From positions 31,360-95,359 of the forward strand of contig CACZKE010000010.1 in NCBI GenBank assembly GCA_902781705.1: a stretch of DNA of 64,000 nt, written 5' to 3'. Positions 38,001 to 45,769 of this stretch are shown piece after piece (position 1 is the stretch's first letter; the number at the start of each line of letters is the position of its first letter). A program made the translations under genes and the position numbers. The stretch comes from an uncultured Bacteroidia bacterium. Lineage in GTDB: Bacteria; Bacteroidota; Bacteroidia; Bacteroidales; UBA932. The notes below the pieces were generated by a model that had not been told where the DNA came from, made no database searches, and saw only the letters and a program-made list of their open reading frames with translations.

Positions 38001-38173
38001 TCACCGAAATCTGCATAGACGGGGCCGCCACCGGCGTGGGCGGTTACGACAGCTGGGGCTCCCGTCCCGAACCTTCCCGGACCGTCTGGAGCAACCAGTC
38101 CCATGCCTTCGGCTTCACCCTCGTCCCCGCCAAAGCCGTCAAAACTGCCAAAGCCATCCGTTATGCGTATTAA
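35015..38173 (+). CDS. Glycoside hydrolase family 2 beta-galactosidase (LacZ-like)
   Basis: LGNEAGNG (acid/base Glu) and PSEYAHAMGNS (nucleophile Glu), as in LacZ. 1052 aa. Carries an in-frame copy of the 27-nt repeat at 35255-35296. Confidence 0.92.
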   Translation: MRIFPIFLGLTLSAAASAQTLPYWQDMNVTSVNAETQRTEAVWFADRADALTKGFRESENYVNLNGTWDFKYFDDYHEMERFLDSASGSARNDRTWDKITVPGNWEVQGHGVAIYTNIPYDFCPRDPQPPVLPEVFPAAIYHRTFTVPEGWNGRTVFLNLAGIKSGAYVYVNGKEIGYSEDSKSLARFDITSALKDGDNDLTLKVYRYSTGSWLECQDFWRISGIERDVYLSSEKTPARFDFSVISTLDPTLTKGVFTLKMRSQKPVEVFYELLDKDGECVADAVFEFSGELVSVTDTIPQVRKWTAETPELYTLLLRVGGEYTRFHVGFRRIEIATVKDGDRDVKALLVNGQPVKFKGVNMHEHNPYTGHYLTKENILQDLQLMKMANINAIRTCHYPQPREFYELCDSLGFYVYDEANIESHGMGYKLDRTLGNNAAWYGKHIDRILNMYYRTSNYPCVTILSLGNEAGNGVNFYEAYRVLKALEKDGQNRPVCYERAEREWNTDMLVPQYPGADWFARMGEKESGRPVCPSEYAHAMGNSTGSLDLQWEQIYAHTHLQGAFIWDWVDQGLYDAEKGWTYGGDYGVDAPSDANFLCNGIVNPDRTPHPGYYEVKHVYQDIAITGTAPEEGRFSIQNRFYFKDLKDYIVHWRIERDGKTVKKGKLSFSTPAQSSEEFSVKLPKWKMRKDGEYRIFFETATAQALPLLPTGTIIAADEVLLKDTGAKKEYGASRRDIEAVEGDAEICLSAGRSELVFDKTQGFVKRYAYKGADVFDPDFGLRPNFWRGPTDNDYGNGLPSRLYAWKEASRTFHATTTVEGGTVRATYTLPDKCTMTVSYTLLPSGLLRIESAFQGAESKKPLDIPRIGFRFRVPENDFRYFGRGPVENYIDRNSGTFKSLFTTTAAAEFYPYVRPQETGHHTETEWIATKHLTVVADDTFEFNALRHSVEDLDSEESGRPYQWNNFDTPPVHDEELAAKTHMRRQTHLCDVPDRDFTEICIDGAATGVGGYDSWGSRPEPSRTVWSNQSHAFGFTLVPAKAVKTAKAIRYAY
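35255..35296 (+). repeat. 27-nt repeat family, in-frame copy inside the GH2 gene (with a 12-nt internal duplication)
   Basis: AGATTTCTCGACTCCGcctccggctccgCTCGAAATGACAGG, translated as RFLDSASGSARNDR. Confidence 0.85.
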
Positions 38174-40460
38174 ATGCCTTGCCGCGGCCCTTTTCGTGGC
38201 CGGAACCCTGCACGCGCAGGTGGAATATGTAAACCCCTTCATCGGCACCACCAACTTCGGGGCGTGCAATCCCGGCGCCGTGACGCCGAACGGTCTGATG
38301 AGCGTCACGCCCTTCAACGTGATGGGCTCCCGCCTCAACACCTGGGACAAGGACAGCCGCTGGTGGTCCACCCCGTACGTAGAGGAGAACAGTTACTTCA
38401 CCGGTTTCGCCCATGTCAACCTCTCCGGCGTAGGCTGTCCGGAACTGGGCTCGGTCCTGACGATGCCCACCATCGGTCCGCTGGAGGTGGATTATCACCA
38501 GTACGGGTCTGAATATGAGGACGAAACCGCCCATCCGGGCTATTACTCCCTGCAACTTGCGAGCGGCATCCGGGCGGAGGCGACGGCGACGACCCGCACC
38601 TCCCTGGAACGCTATACCTTCCCCGGCGGCGCCGGCAACATCCTCGTGAACCTGGGCGAAGGCCTGACCAACGAATCGGGGGCCTCGGTCCGCCGGGTGT
38701 CCGACATGGAGATCGAGGGCAGCAAGCTCATGGGCACGTTCTGCTACAACCGGAACGCCGTATTCCCGATGTACTTCGTCCTTCGCGTGAGCAAGGCGCC
38801 GGAGCGGAGCGGTTACTGGAAGAAGCAGCGGCCGATGACCGCGGAGGCGGCCTGGGATGCCGATGCGGGACGCTACAAACTCTACGAGGCCTATGCCCGG
38901 GAACTTTCCGGCGACGACATCGGCTACTGGTTCCGCTTCGAGAATCTCGCCGAGGGCGAGCAGGTGATGGTCCAGGTAGGCGTGTCCTTCGTGAGCATCG
39001 ACAACGCCCGCGAGAACCTGGAGGCGGAGCAGTCCGGCTTTGATTTCGCCGGCTTGCAGACAGCCGCTGAAAAGGCATGGCAGGAGCAACTGGGGCGCAT
39101 CCGGATCACCGGCGGCACCGAGGAGCAGAAAACCATCTTCTACACCGCCCTCTACCATGCGCTCATCCATCCCAACATCCTGGAAGACGTGAACGGAGAG
39201 TATCCGCTGATGGAGTTCGGCAATCCGGAAGCCGTGAACAGTTACAGGATCGCGACCGGGCGCAACGGACAGGGGCAGTTGAAGATGCGCGCCCGCGGCG
39301 TGGGCCGCGTGCCGGAAGGGCAGCACCGTTACACGGTGTTCTCCCTCTGGGACACCTGCCGGAACCTGCACCAGCTCCTGACGCTCCTCTACCCCGAGAA
39401 GCAGATCGACATGGCCCGCTCGGTCGTAAGCATGTACCGCGAGTGGGGTTGGATGCCCAAATGGGAACTCTACGGACGCGAGACCTTCACGATGGAGGGC
39501 GATCCGGTGATCCCGATGCTTACCGACACCTACCTCAAGGGGCTGACGGATTTTGACATCGCCACCGCCTATGAGGCGTTCCTCAAGTCCGCCGACACGC
39601 CGGGCGCACAGAACCGGATGCGGCCGGACGTGGACCCGTACATCGAACGGGGCTATGTCCCGCTGGGCTGGTTCGCGCAGGACTTCTCCGGCGACAACTC
39701 CGTCTCCCACGCCCTGGAGTACTATATGGCCGATGCCGCCCTGGCCCGCCTGGCCGATGCGCTGGGGCATCCGGAAGACGCCGCCAAGTTCCGCCAGCGT
39801 TCCCTGGGATACAGGCACTACTGGGACACCGAGTATGGCTGCCTGCGCCCGCTGCGCAAAGACGGCACGTTCCTGACCCCGTTCAATCCCCGCCAGGGCG
39901 AGAACTTCGAGCCCGTGCCGGGCTTCCACGAGGGAAGTGCCTGGAACTACACGTTCTATGTGCCGCATGATGTGGACGGTCTCATCCGGCTTACCGGCGG
40001 CTCCAAGGCCTTCGTCAAAAGCCTGAACCGGGTGTTCAACGACGGGCTGTACGATCCCGCCAACGAGCCGGACATCGCCTATCCTTACCTGTACAGCCGG
40101 GTAAAGGGTGAACAGTGGCGTACCTGGGCCACGGTCCATGACCTGCTGGGCAAGCACTACCACAATGAACCGAACGGCATCCCCGGCAATGATGACACGG
40201 GCACGATGTCGGCCTGGGCCGTGTTCTCCATGATCGGCTTCTACCCCGACTGTCCGGGCGATCCGTCCTACACGCTCACCCTCCCGGTCTTCGACCACGT
40301 GGACATCGACCTGCCCGGCGGAAAAACACTCACCGTGTCTAAGGCTGCCAAGGCCAAGCCCGCCAAGGGTACCACCGCCCGCGTCGCCGGCCGCAAGGTC
40401 ACGAACTACCGCATCTCCCACGACACCCTCGTGAATGCCGGAACAATCCGCTGGCAATAA
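38163..40460 (+). CDS. Glycoside hydrolase family 92 alpha-mannosidase
   Basis: Signal MRIKCLAAALFVAGTLHAQ. GH92 signature GIPGNDDTGTMSAWAVFSMIGFYP. The start overlaps the GH2 stop by 11 nt. Confidence 0.9.
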   Translation: MRIKCLAAALFVAGTLHAQVEYVNPFIGTTNFGACNPGAVTPNGLMSVTPFNVMGSRLNTWDKDSRWWSTPYVEENSYFTGFAHVNLSGVGCPELGSVLTMPTIGPLEVDYHQYGSEYEDETAHPGYYSLQLASGIRAEATATTRTSLERYTFPGGAGNILVNLGEGLTNESGASVRRVSDMEIEGSKLMGTFCYNRNAVFPMYFVLRVSKAPERSGYWKKQRPMTAEAAWDADAGRYKLYEAYARELSGDDIGYWFRFENLAEGEQVMVQVGVSFVSIDNARENLEAEQSGFDFAGLQTAAEKAWQEQLGRIRITGGTEEQKTIFYTALYHALIHPNILEDVNGEYPLMEFGNPEAVNSYRIATGRNGQGQLKMRARGVGRVPEGQHRYTVFSLWDTCRNLHQLLTLLYPEKQIDMARSVVSMYREWGWMPKWELYGRETFTMEGDPVIPMLTDTYLKGLTDFDIATAYEAFLKSADTPGAQNRMRPDVDPYIERGYVPLGWFAQDFSGDNSVSHALEYYMADAALARLADALGHPEDAAKFRQRSLGYRHYWDTEYGCLRPLRKDGTFLTPFNPRQGENFEPVPGFHEGSAWNYTFYVPHDVDGLIRLTGGSKAFVKSLNRVFNDGLYDPANEPDIAYPYLYSRVKGEQWRTWATVHDLLGKHYHNEPNGIPGNDDTGTMSAWAVFSMIGFYPDCPGDPSYTLTLPVFDHVDIDLPGGKTLTVSKAAKAKPAKGTTARVAGRKVTNYRISHDTLVNAGTIRWQ

Positions 40461-40772
40461 CTAAGTCCTGGAGAATTTCACAATCTCGATATCCCTCCCG
40501 AGCGCATGCAGCAGCCTGCAATAGGCCCCGATGCTCGGGAGGATATTTCCGTGTTCCACCTTGGAGATGTAACTTTTGGATGTTCCTACTCTACGGGCCA
40601 ATTCCGACTGGGTAACCTTAGCTTCTTTCCGGGTATCCCTGAGCGCCTGGCCGAAATAGAATGAATAAGCCTCTTCTTCAAATCGGGCCCGGGCCGGCGT
40701 GCCGGTTTTACCATATTTTGCATCCAGCACAACATCATATCTGTGGACGGGAGACATTTCATTCTTTTCCAT
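40461..40772 (-). CDS. XRE-family helix-turn-helix protein (HigA-antitoxin-like or regulator)
   Basis: HTH VTQSELARRVGTSKSYISKVEHG. 103 aa. Its stop codon abuts the GH92 stop with no spacer. Confidence 0.8.
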   Translation of the reverse strand: MEKNEMSPVHRYDVVLDAKYGKTGTPARARFEEEAYSFYFGQALRDTRKEAKVTQSELARRVGTSKSYISKVEHGNILPSIGAYCRLLHALGRDIEIVKFSRT

Positions 40773-40794
40773 AATCGGTCGGCCCCATGTTCGA

Positions 40795-41805
40795 CTATTT
40801 CAGCATATTTATATATTTTCCCAATTCCTCGATCAGTCTGCAAAACTCTTCACTCTTGGGAATCTCAACGATTCGATCTATTTCCTTCTGAATTGCATAT
40901 AATAATTTCTGATCAGTATGTATCTTCAAAAACCGCATCCAATTTTTGGCAGGAATGCCTAAAATATCCGTCTCCAGTGACTCGCTTACAAAATCATCCA
41001 AAAGCCCAGTCCGAGCAAGACGTCCAAAATTGTTACTGGAATCCTTCTTGGGCATGTAATTCGCCTTTTCTCGATTATTGCTGTAAGGAACAATGTCTCC
41101 CGGCTCTGTGACGGATCTTTCATCGATATTTAAAGGGACGTCCGTTTTCCGGTACATCCAGTACCTTTTACAATACTCTGATGCGGCTTTTGCAGGATAC
41201 ACCCACGGTTTTATTAATACAGGATTTCCGCTTACCGCATCACTCAGATACCACGGCAATACACAAATCAAATCAGCCGGAGAACATGCTTTTGATGCGG
41301 TTCGATATCTAAAAGAAGGCTCCCCTTCTTTAGAAATCAAAAACCAACTCTTCAATTCGATGCCGAAGACGATATGGTCTGTCGTTTTATTGACAAGCCG
41401 GACATCCGGAAAAAACTCACTGGAGCGAACGAATCTACAATCAACCCATTGCCTGTCCTTATCCCAAAGATCTCGATTCTCATTGAGAAAACGGACAACC
41501 GCAACTTCAACGGTTGAGCCCAGAAGAGTGTTCAAGCTAAATAAATCCGTTGCCATGATTCCCTTGTAAATATGGGGAATCTTCATCATATCTGCAATAA
41601 GAGGCAGGACACTTTCCTTTATCCTATTGACTAAATTCCGAACTTCCTCATCTGAAATGCGACAAAACTCTTCTGGGTCAAACTTCGGAAGAGTCTCTGG
41701 TTGTATCTCATTAAAACGGTCCCCTCTCCCTATTTCACAGAAAGGGATGATTATTCTTTCTTTCGTTTCTGTTTTCTTTGACATAAGGAAGACTCTATCC
41801 GACAT
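40795..41805 (-). CDS. Putative type II restriction endonuclease (PD-(D/E)xK)
   Basis: FPDVRLVNKTTDHIVFGIELKSW fits the PD...ExK motif. Immediately downstream of and overlapping the methyltransferase gene (ATGTCGGATAG). An alternative start exists at 41784. Confidence 0.65.
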   Translation of the reverse strand: MSDRVFLMSKKTETKERIIIPFCEIGRGDRFNEIQPETLPKFDPEEFCRISDEEVRNLVNRIKESVLPLIADMMKIPHIYKGIMATDLFSLNTLLGSTVEVAVVRFLNENRDLWDKDRQWVDCRFVRSSEFFPDVRLVNKTTDHIVFGIELKSWFLISKEGEPSFRYRTASKACSPADLICVLPWYLSDAVSGNPVLIKPWVYPAKAASEYCKRYWMYRKTDVPLNIDERSVTEPGDIVPYSNNREKANYMPKKDSSNNFGRLARTGLLDDFVSESLETDILGIPAKNWMRFLKIHTDQKLLYAIQKEIDRIVEIPKSEEFCRLIEELGKYINMLK

Positions 41806-42805
41806 TAAACAACAATGAGTGATCTGCAATGCGGTCACTTGCCACATCAAACGTCTCCTCGTTTATTTCAGAACAGTAACAATCCCGGCCCAGGTTCTGG
41901 CAACAAAAAGCGACTGTGGCAAGTCCGGCGAAGGGATCCCAAATAACATCTCCTGGATCAGAAGTTGTTTGAATCAGATAATTGATTATTTCTGAGGGCT
42001 TTTGATTATAATGAATTGACTTCCCGGTTCTAGCATCCTTAAGTCGCTCTTTGCCATGAAGAGAGGGAACATCCCATACATTTGTATAACCGTGAATGTG
42101 ATTCCATTTAGCACGCATCAGCTTCCACGTTTCCACTTGGAATGGTCTTCCATTGATAGAAAAATAAGGAGCAAATTGACTGTTTCCAAATTCGTTAGCA
42201 AAGGCAACAATACGCTCCAACGTTTCAGCTGGAGGGAAATACCACAAATCGTCTTTAGTAAAATACTTTCGGGTAGCTGCATTCTTCACACCACAAGCTT
42301 CATTGGTCTTACTGAAAGGCAGCCCCGTCAAAGACCACTCATCCCTTAACCAATTCTGGAGAGACAACATCTCACCTCCTCGATTTGGCAAGAGGACATC
42401 CCTCGTATATCGTACACAAATCTCTGTAACCACAGGAGCACGACGGATAGTCAAAGAATTAACATTACCAGCTGCATGTCCTATTCCTTTGTTCCAAATA
42501 AATGCCTGTTCATAGTGCCAACCGTTCAATTCTAACAATTGATTAACCCGGGACCATCCTAATTCTGTTCCCCAAAACCAAAGAGTCGTGTATGGCAAGG
42601 CGGCCTTGGACCAAGCCGCGATATGAGGAGCATACCATTTCGGGAGCTCTACCGTGTCCGTAGGATCCCCCGGAAAACCTCCGATGCCGTACGGGCCATC
42701 AATAATAATGGAAGCCGGTGCAGGCCAATGCTCGTAACAATCAAGAGCATCGGCATTGTCTATTTCTATAAAAGAATTTGCGGAACTATTAATTGTTCTT
42801 CTCAT
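41795..42805 (-). CDS. DNA methyltransferase, N4/N6 beta-class (PF01555-like)
   Basis: Motif IV-like IIIDGPYG comes first, then HYNQKPSEIINYLI and motif I VIWDPFAGLATVA near the C-terminus. ATG 42805 is preferred because a TAATTTTG box lies just upstream. Confidence 0.85.
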   Translation of the reverse strand: MRRTINSSANSFIEIDNADALDCYEHWPAPASIIIDGPYGIGGFPGDPTDTVELPKWYAPHIAAWSKAALPYTTLWFWGTELGWSRVNQLLELNGWHYEQAFIWNKGIGHAAGNVNSLTIRRAPVVTEICVRYTRDVLLPNRGGEMLSLQNWLRDEWSLTGLPFSKTNEACGVKNAATRKYFTKDDLWYFPPAETLERIVAFANEFGNSQFAPYFSINGRPFQVETWKLMRAKWNHIHGYTNVWDVPSLHGKERLKDARTGKSIHYNQKPSEIINYLIQTTSDPGDVIWDPFAGLATVAFCCQNLGRDCYCSEINEETFDVASDRIADHSLLFNVG

Positions 42806-42811
42806 TGTTTT

Positions 42812-42819
42812 CAAAATTA
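42812..42819 (-). promoter_or_regulatory. -7 box (TAATTTTG) for the methyltransferase gene
   Basis: Reverse complement TAATTTTG ending 6 nt before ATG 42805. Confidence 0.45.
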
Positions 42820-42901
42820 AAAAAGATTTCCCGTATTCACAACACTTATTCCCCATTTGCGTGAATGGGATTCTCCTTTGACTGAGCAAAAGTAATAAAA
42901 G

Positions 42902-43603
42902 TTATCTGATATTACAACTTTTCTTCTTGATGGATATGCGCGTACCATCTGCGAGAACGACGGGGTCCAGCGGTTTCAGGACGATGCCCTCGCAAAGGTT
43001 GCCTTCCAGCAGCGGAAGGTCCAGTTCCGCGGGGATGGTCGTGGGGAAGGCACAGGGGTAAGCCAGGCACTCGTCCAGCGGACCGACATGCAGGTTTCGC
43101 GCATACAGGAGGCCGGCGGTGGAGAAAAGGGCATTCGCCTCCACGACGGGCAGGAAGAAGCCGCCGTCCGGCGTGAAGACATAGATGTCAAAGGCATAGA
43201 AATCATGGTCCGGACTATACCAGATGCCTTTCTGGACGGGATTCGGCCGGCGTACTGCAGGCACATCCGGATGCGGATACGCTCCGCCGAAAAGTTCCCC
43301 GTACACGGCGATGGAGGTCATCTCCGGCATCGCGAGCCGGATCAGATTATAGATGTGATAGATGTGACCGGAATACCGCTCCAGCACTTCCCGGTAGTTG
43401 AAAAAGGGTTCCAAAGGCGTCAGGATGGCCGTCCGCCGGGCCATCCGGATCGTCAGGTCGTCACAGAGGAAGGACACGTTGGCCCCGTCCACTTTCTCCT
43501 GGACCGCCCAGGTCGCTTCCGCCGGCACGGCCGCCCGCACCCGTGCCATCCATCCTTCATCCGTACTGTTCCCGATCGAGGGATAAGGTTTGAACTGTAT
43601 CAT
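42902..43603 (-). CDS. ATP-dependent RNA ligase, Rnl2-type nucleotidyltransferase domain only
   Basis: Motif I EKVDGAN (KxDG), motif IV EGIVLKP, motif V ISIKKK. Co-linear with the T4 Rnl2 N-terminal domain. 233 aa from ATG 43603. Confidence 0.8.
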   Translation of the reverse strand: MIQFKPYPSIGNSTDEGWMARVRAAVPAEATWAVQEKVDGANVSFLCDDLTIRMARRTAILTPLEPFFNYREVLERYSGHIYHIYNLIRLAMPEMTSIAVYGELFGGAYPHPDVPAVRRPNPVQKGIWYSPDHDFYAFDIYVFTPDGGFFLPVVEANALFSTAGLLYARNLHVGPLDECLAYPCAFPTTIPAELDLPLLEGNLCEGIVLKPLDPVVLADGTRISIKKKSCNIR

Positions 43604-43659
43604 AGACTCGTTTTCCTTTTTTTGCAAAGGTCGGGAGAGGAGACGGAAACGTCGATACG

Positions 43660-43701
43660 ATTGCAAGGTTTGCAATGTCGGATTTCCTGCAAGGCTTGCA
43701 G
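43660..43701. promoter_or_regulatory. Two adjacent palindromic operator-like sites in the divergent intergenic region
   Basis: ATTGCAA-ggt-TTGCAAT (43660-43676) and CTGCAAG-g-CTTGCAG (43687-43701). A third TTTGCAAA palindrome lies at 43621-43628. Confidence 0.45.
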
Positions 43702-43727
43702 ACTTTTTTGAGGTTGGGACGTGAAAA

Positions 43728-44327
43728 ATGCGTATCTTCGTAGGTGGAATGTGGAGAGAGGAAGCATACCTGTTCCTGCAGTACTGGCTGGACGGCGGCG
43801 GGGCCTTCGAGGACCCGGCCGTGGACTACCTGGCGGAACGGGTGGACGAGATGGATGCCGCGGCCCTGCTGGCAGCCATGGGCCTGATCAAAAGACGCCT
43901 GGCGGAGATCGAAGTCCTGGAAGGGACGGACCCGGGAGAAAGGGTCCTCATTACCAAGGATTTCCGAATCCTCCTTCCGGAGAGGTTCGATACCGAAATC
44001 CGCCTGCGGCCCCTGGTGAAGACGGTATTCCTGCTGTTCCTCAGGCATCCGGAAGGCATCCGGTTCGGGGACCTGCAGGACTACGGGAAAGAGTTGACGG
44101 ACCTGTACATGGGCATCAGCCACTGCAACGATGCGGAAACCGTCAGGGAACGCATTGCACGGCTCACCGACCCCCGGGACAACTCCATCCATGAAAAGGC
44201 GTCGAACCTCGCAGCGGCCCTCTCGAAATACTTCCGGCCGGCCCAATTGCCGGCCTATACGATTACCGGCAGGGCCGGGACACCCAAGCGGATCCGGCTG
44301 GACCGGGCCCTGGTGGAATGGGAATGA
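43728..44327 (+). CDS. Hypothetical protein (199 aa), function unknown
   Basis: GC-rich codon usage like the host genes. Divergent from the RNA ligase gene, with its stop just upstream of the GH125 start. No motif I can name. Confidence 0.6.
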   Translation: MRIFVGGMWREEAYLFLQYWLDGGGAFEDPAVDYLAERVDEMDAAALLAAMGLIKRRLAEIEVLEGTDPGERVLITKDFRILLPERFDTEIRLRPLVKTVFLLFLRHPEGIRFGDLQDYGKELTDLYMGISHCNDAETVRERIARLTDPRDNSIHEKASNLAAALSKYFRPAQLPAYTITGRAGTPKRIRLDRALVEWE

Positions 44328-44341
44328 ACACACAAAACGAT

Positions 44342-45769
44342 ATGAAACCACAGAAAGCACTCATCCTGGCTCTTGCCGTCCTGACGGCCTGCGGCAACCC
44401 GCAGCCCCAGGAGAAGACCACGAAACTTTACACCGACCGCCCTCCCGTGGAGGAACGGGCCTTCGTCTCCCCCGCCGTGGATGCGGCCACGGAGGCCATC
44501 GCCGCGCAGATCACGCACCCCAAACTCGCGGAGATGTTCCGCAAATGCTTCCCGAACACCCTGGATACCACCGTCCACTATTCCGAGGACGAGGACGGCC
44601 GCCCGGACACCTACGTCTATACCGGCGACATCCCGGCCATGTGGCTCCGCGATTCCGGTGCCCAGGTCTGGCCCTACGTGGAGTATGCCAATGAGGACGA
44701 AGCCCTGAAGAAAATGCTCGCGGGCGTCATCAACCGGCAGTTCAAGTGCATCCTCATCGACCCGTACGCCAATGCGTTCAACGTGGATCCCGTGGGTCCG
44801 GCCGACAAGACGGACCTCCCCGCTCCCGGCCCGTACGTGTTCGAGCGCAAGTGGGAGATCGACTCGCACTGCTATCCGGTACGTCTTGCCTATGCCTACT
44901 GGAAGAAGACCGGAGACACCTCCGTCTTCGGCGACCTTTGGCTGCAGACGGCGAAGACCATCCTCGCCACCTTCAAGGAGCAGCAGCGGAAGGAAGGCCA
45001 TGGCAGTTACTGGTTCCTCCGCGAGACCGACCGCCAACTGGATACCAAGTGCGTGGTGGGCCGGGGCAATCCGGTGAAGCCGGTGGGCCTCATCGCATCG
45101 GCCTTCCGTCCCTCCGACGACGCCACGACCTTCGAGTTCCTCGTACCCTCCAACTTCATGGCTGTCACGACGTTGAAGAAGATGGCGGAGATCCTATCCA
45201 CCGTGAACAACCAGCCGGACATGGCCGCGGAATGCATCGCCCTCGCCACCGAGGTGGACCAGGCCCTGCACACCTACGCCGTGGTCCAGCACCCTGTCTA
45301 CGGTCCCATCTACGCCTATGAGGTCGATGGTTTCGGATCCCACCAACTCATGGACGACGCCAACGTCCCGTCCCTGCTGGCCCTCGGCTACCTGGACCCG
45401 GAGATGTACGCCGACCCCGTATACCTGAACACCCGGAAGTTCGTCTGGAGCGAGGACAACCCCTACTTCCACCGCGGCAAGGCCGGTGAAGGCATCGGCG
45501 GCCCCCACATCGGCATCGAGAACGTCTGGCCCATGTCCATCATGATGAAGGCCTTCACCGCGCAGGACGACGACGAGATCCGCGCCTGCCTCATCCAACT
45601 GCTGAACACCGACGCCGGCACGGGCTTCATGCACGAGTCCTTCAACAAGGACGACGCGAACGATTTCACCCGTCCCTGGTTCGCCTGGCAGAACACCCTC
45701 TTCGGCGAACTCATCGTGAAACTCGTCGGCGAGGGCAAACTTGAACTCCTCAACAACCTCCCCCGATGA
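44342..45769 (+). CDS. Glycoside hydrolase family 125 (exo-alpha-1,6-mannosidase)
   Basis: Lipoprotein signal MKPQKALILALAVLTACG. GH125/DUF1237 signature GDIPAMWLRDSGAQVWPY. The ORF is open from 44318. Confidence 0.88.
   Translation: MKPQKALILALAVLTACGNPQPQEKTTKLYTDRPPVEERAFVSPAVDAATEAIAAQITHPKLAEMFRKCFPNTLDTTVHYSEDEDGRPDTYVYTGDIPAMWLRDSGAQVWPYVEYANEDEALKKMLAGVINRQFKCILIDPYANAFNVDPVGPADKTDLPAPGPYVFERKWEIDSHCYPVRLAYAYWKKTGDTSVFGDLWLQTAKTILATFKEQQRKEGHGSYWFLRETDRQLDTKCVVGRGNPVKPVGLIASAFRPSDDATTFEFLVPSNFMAVTTLKKMAEILSTVNNQPDMAAECIALATEVDQALHTYAVVQHPVYGPIYAYEVDGFGSHQLMDDANVPSLLALGYLDPEMYADPVYLNTRKFVWSEDNPYFHRGKAGEGIGGPHIGIENVWPMSIMMKAFTAQDDDEIRACLIQLLNTDAGTGFMHESFNKDDANDFTRPWFAWQNTLFGELIVKLVGEGKLELLNNLPR

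Larger units (their letters stand above)
40773..42900. other. Low-GC islet (visually about 35-42% GC against about 60% flanks) carrying a type II R-M pair
   Basis: Abrupt AT-rich composition across the endonuclease and methyltransferase genes. No integrase, tRNA or flanking direct repeat is visible. Confidence 0.7.

Noticed and set aside
35036-38371. A 1111-aa minus-strand ORF.
   Set aside because: It is antisense to the LacZ-like GH2 gene, whose catalytic motifs are clear on the plus strand.
40461-40772. Interpreting the XRE HTH gene as the controller (C) protein of the R-M system, or as a complete toxin-antitoxin pair.
   Set aside because: It lies downstream of the endonuclease rather than upstream. 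No C-box-like repeat is evident before it. No toxin-sized in-frame ORF precedes it: ORF 40586-40843 overlaps it out of frame and looks spurious. It is kept simply as an XRE-family regulator or orphan antitoxin-like gene.
40773-42900. Calling the low-GC segment a prophage remnant, ICE or transposon.
   Set aside because: No integrase, transposase, phage structural gene, tRNA target or terminal repeat is visible. Only a compositional islet with R-M genes can be supported.
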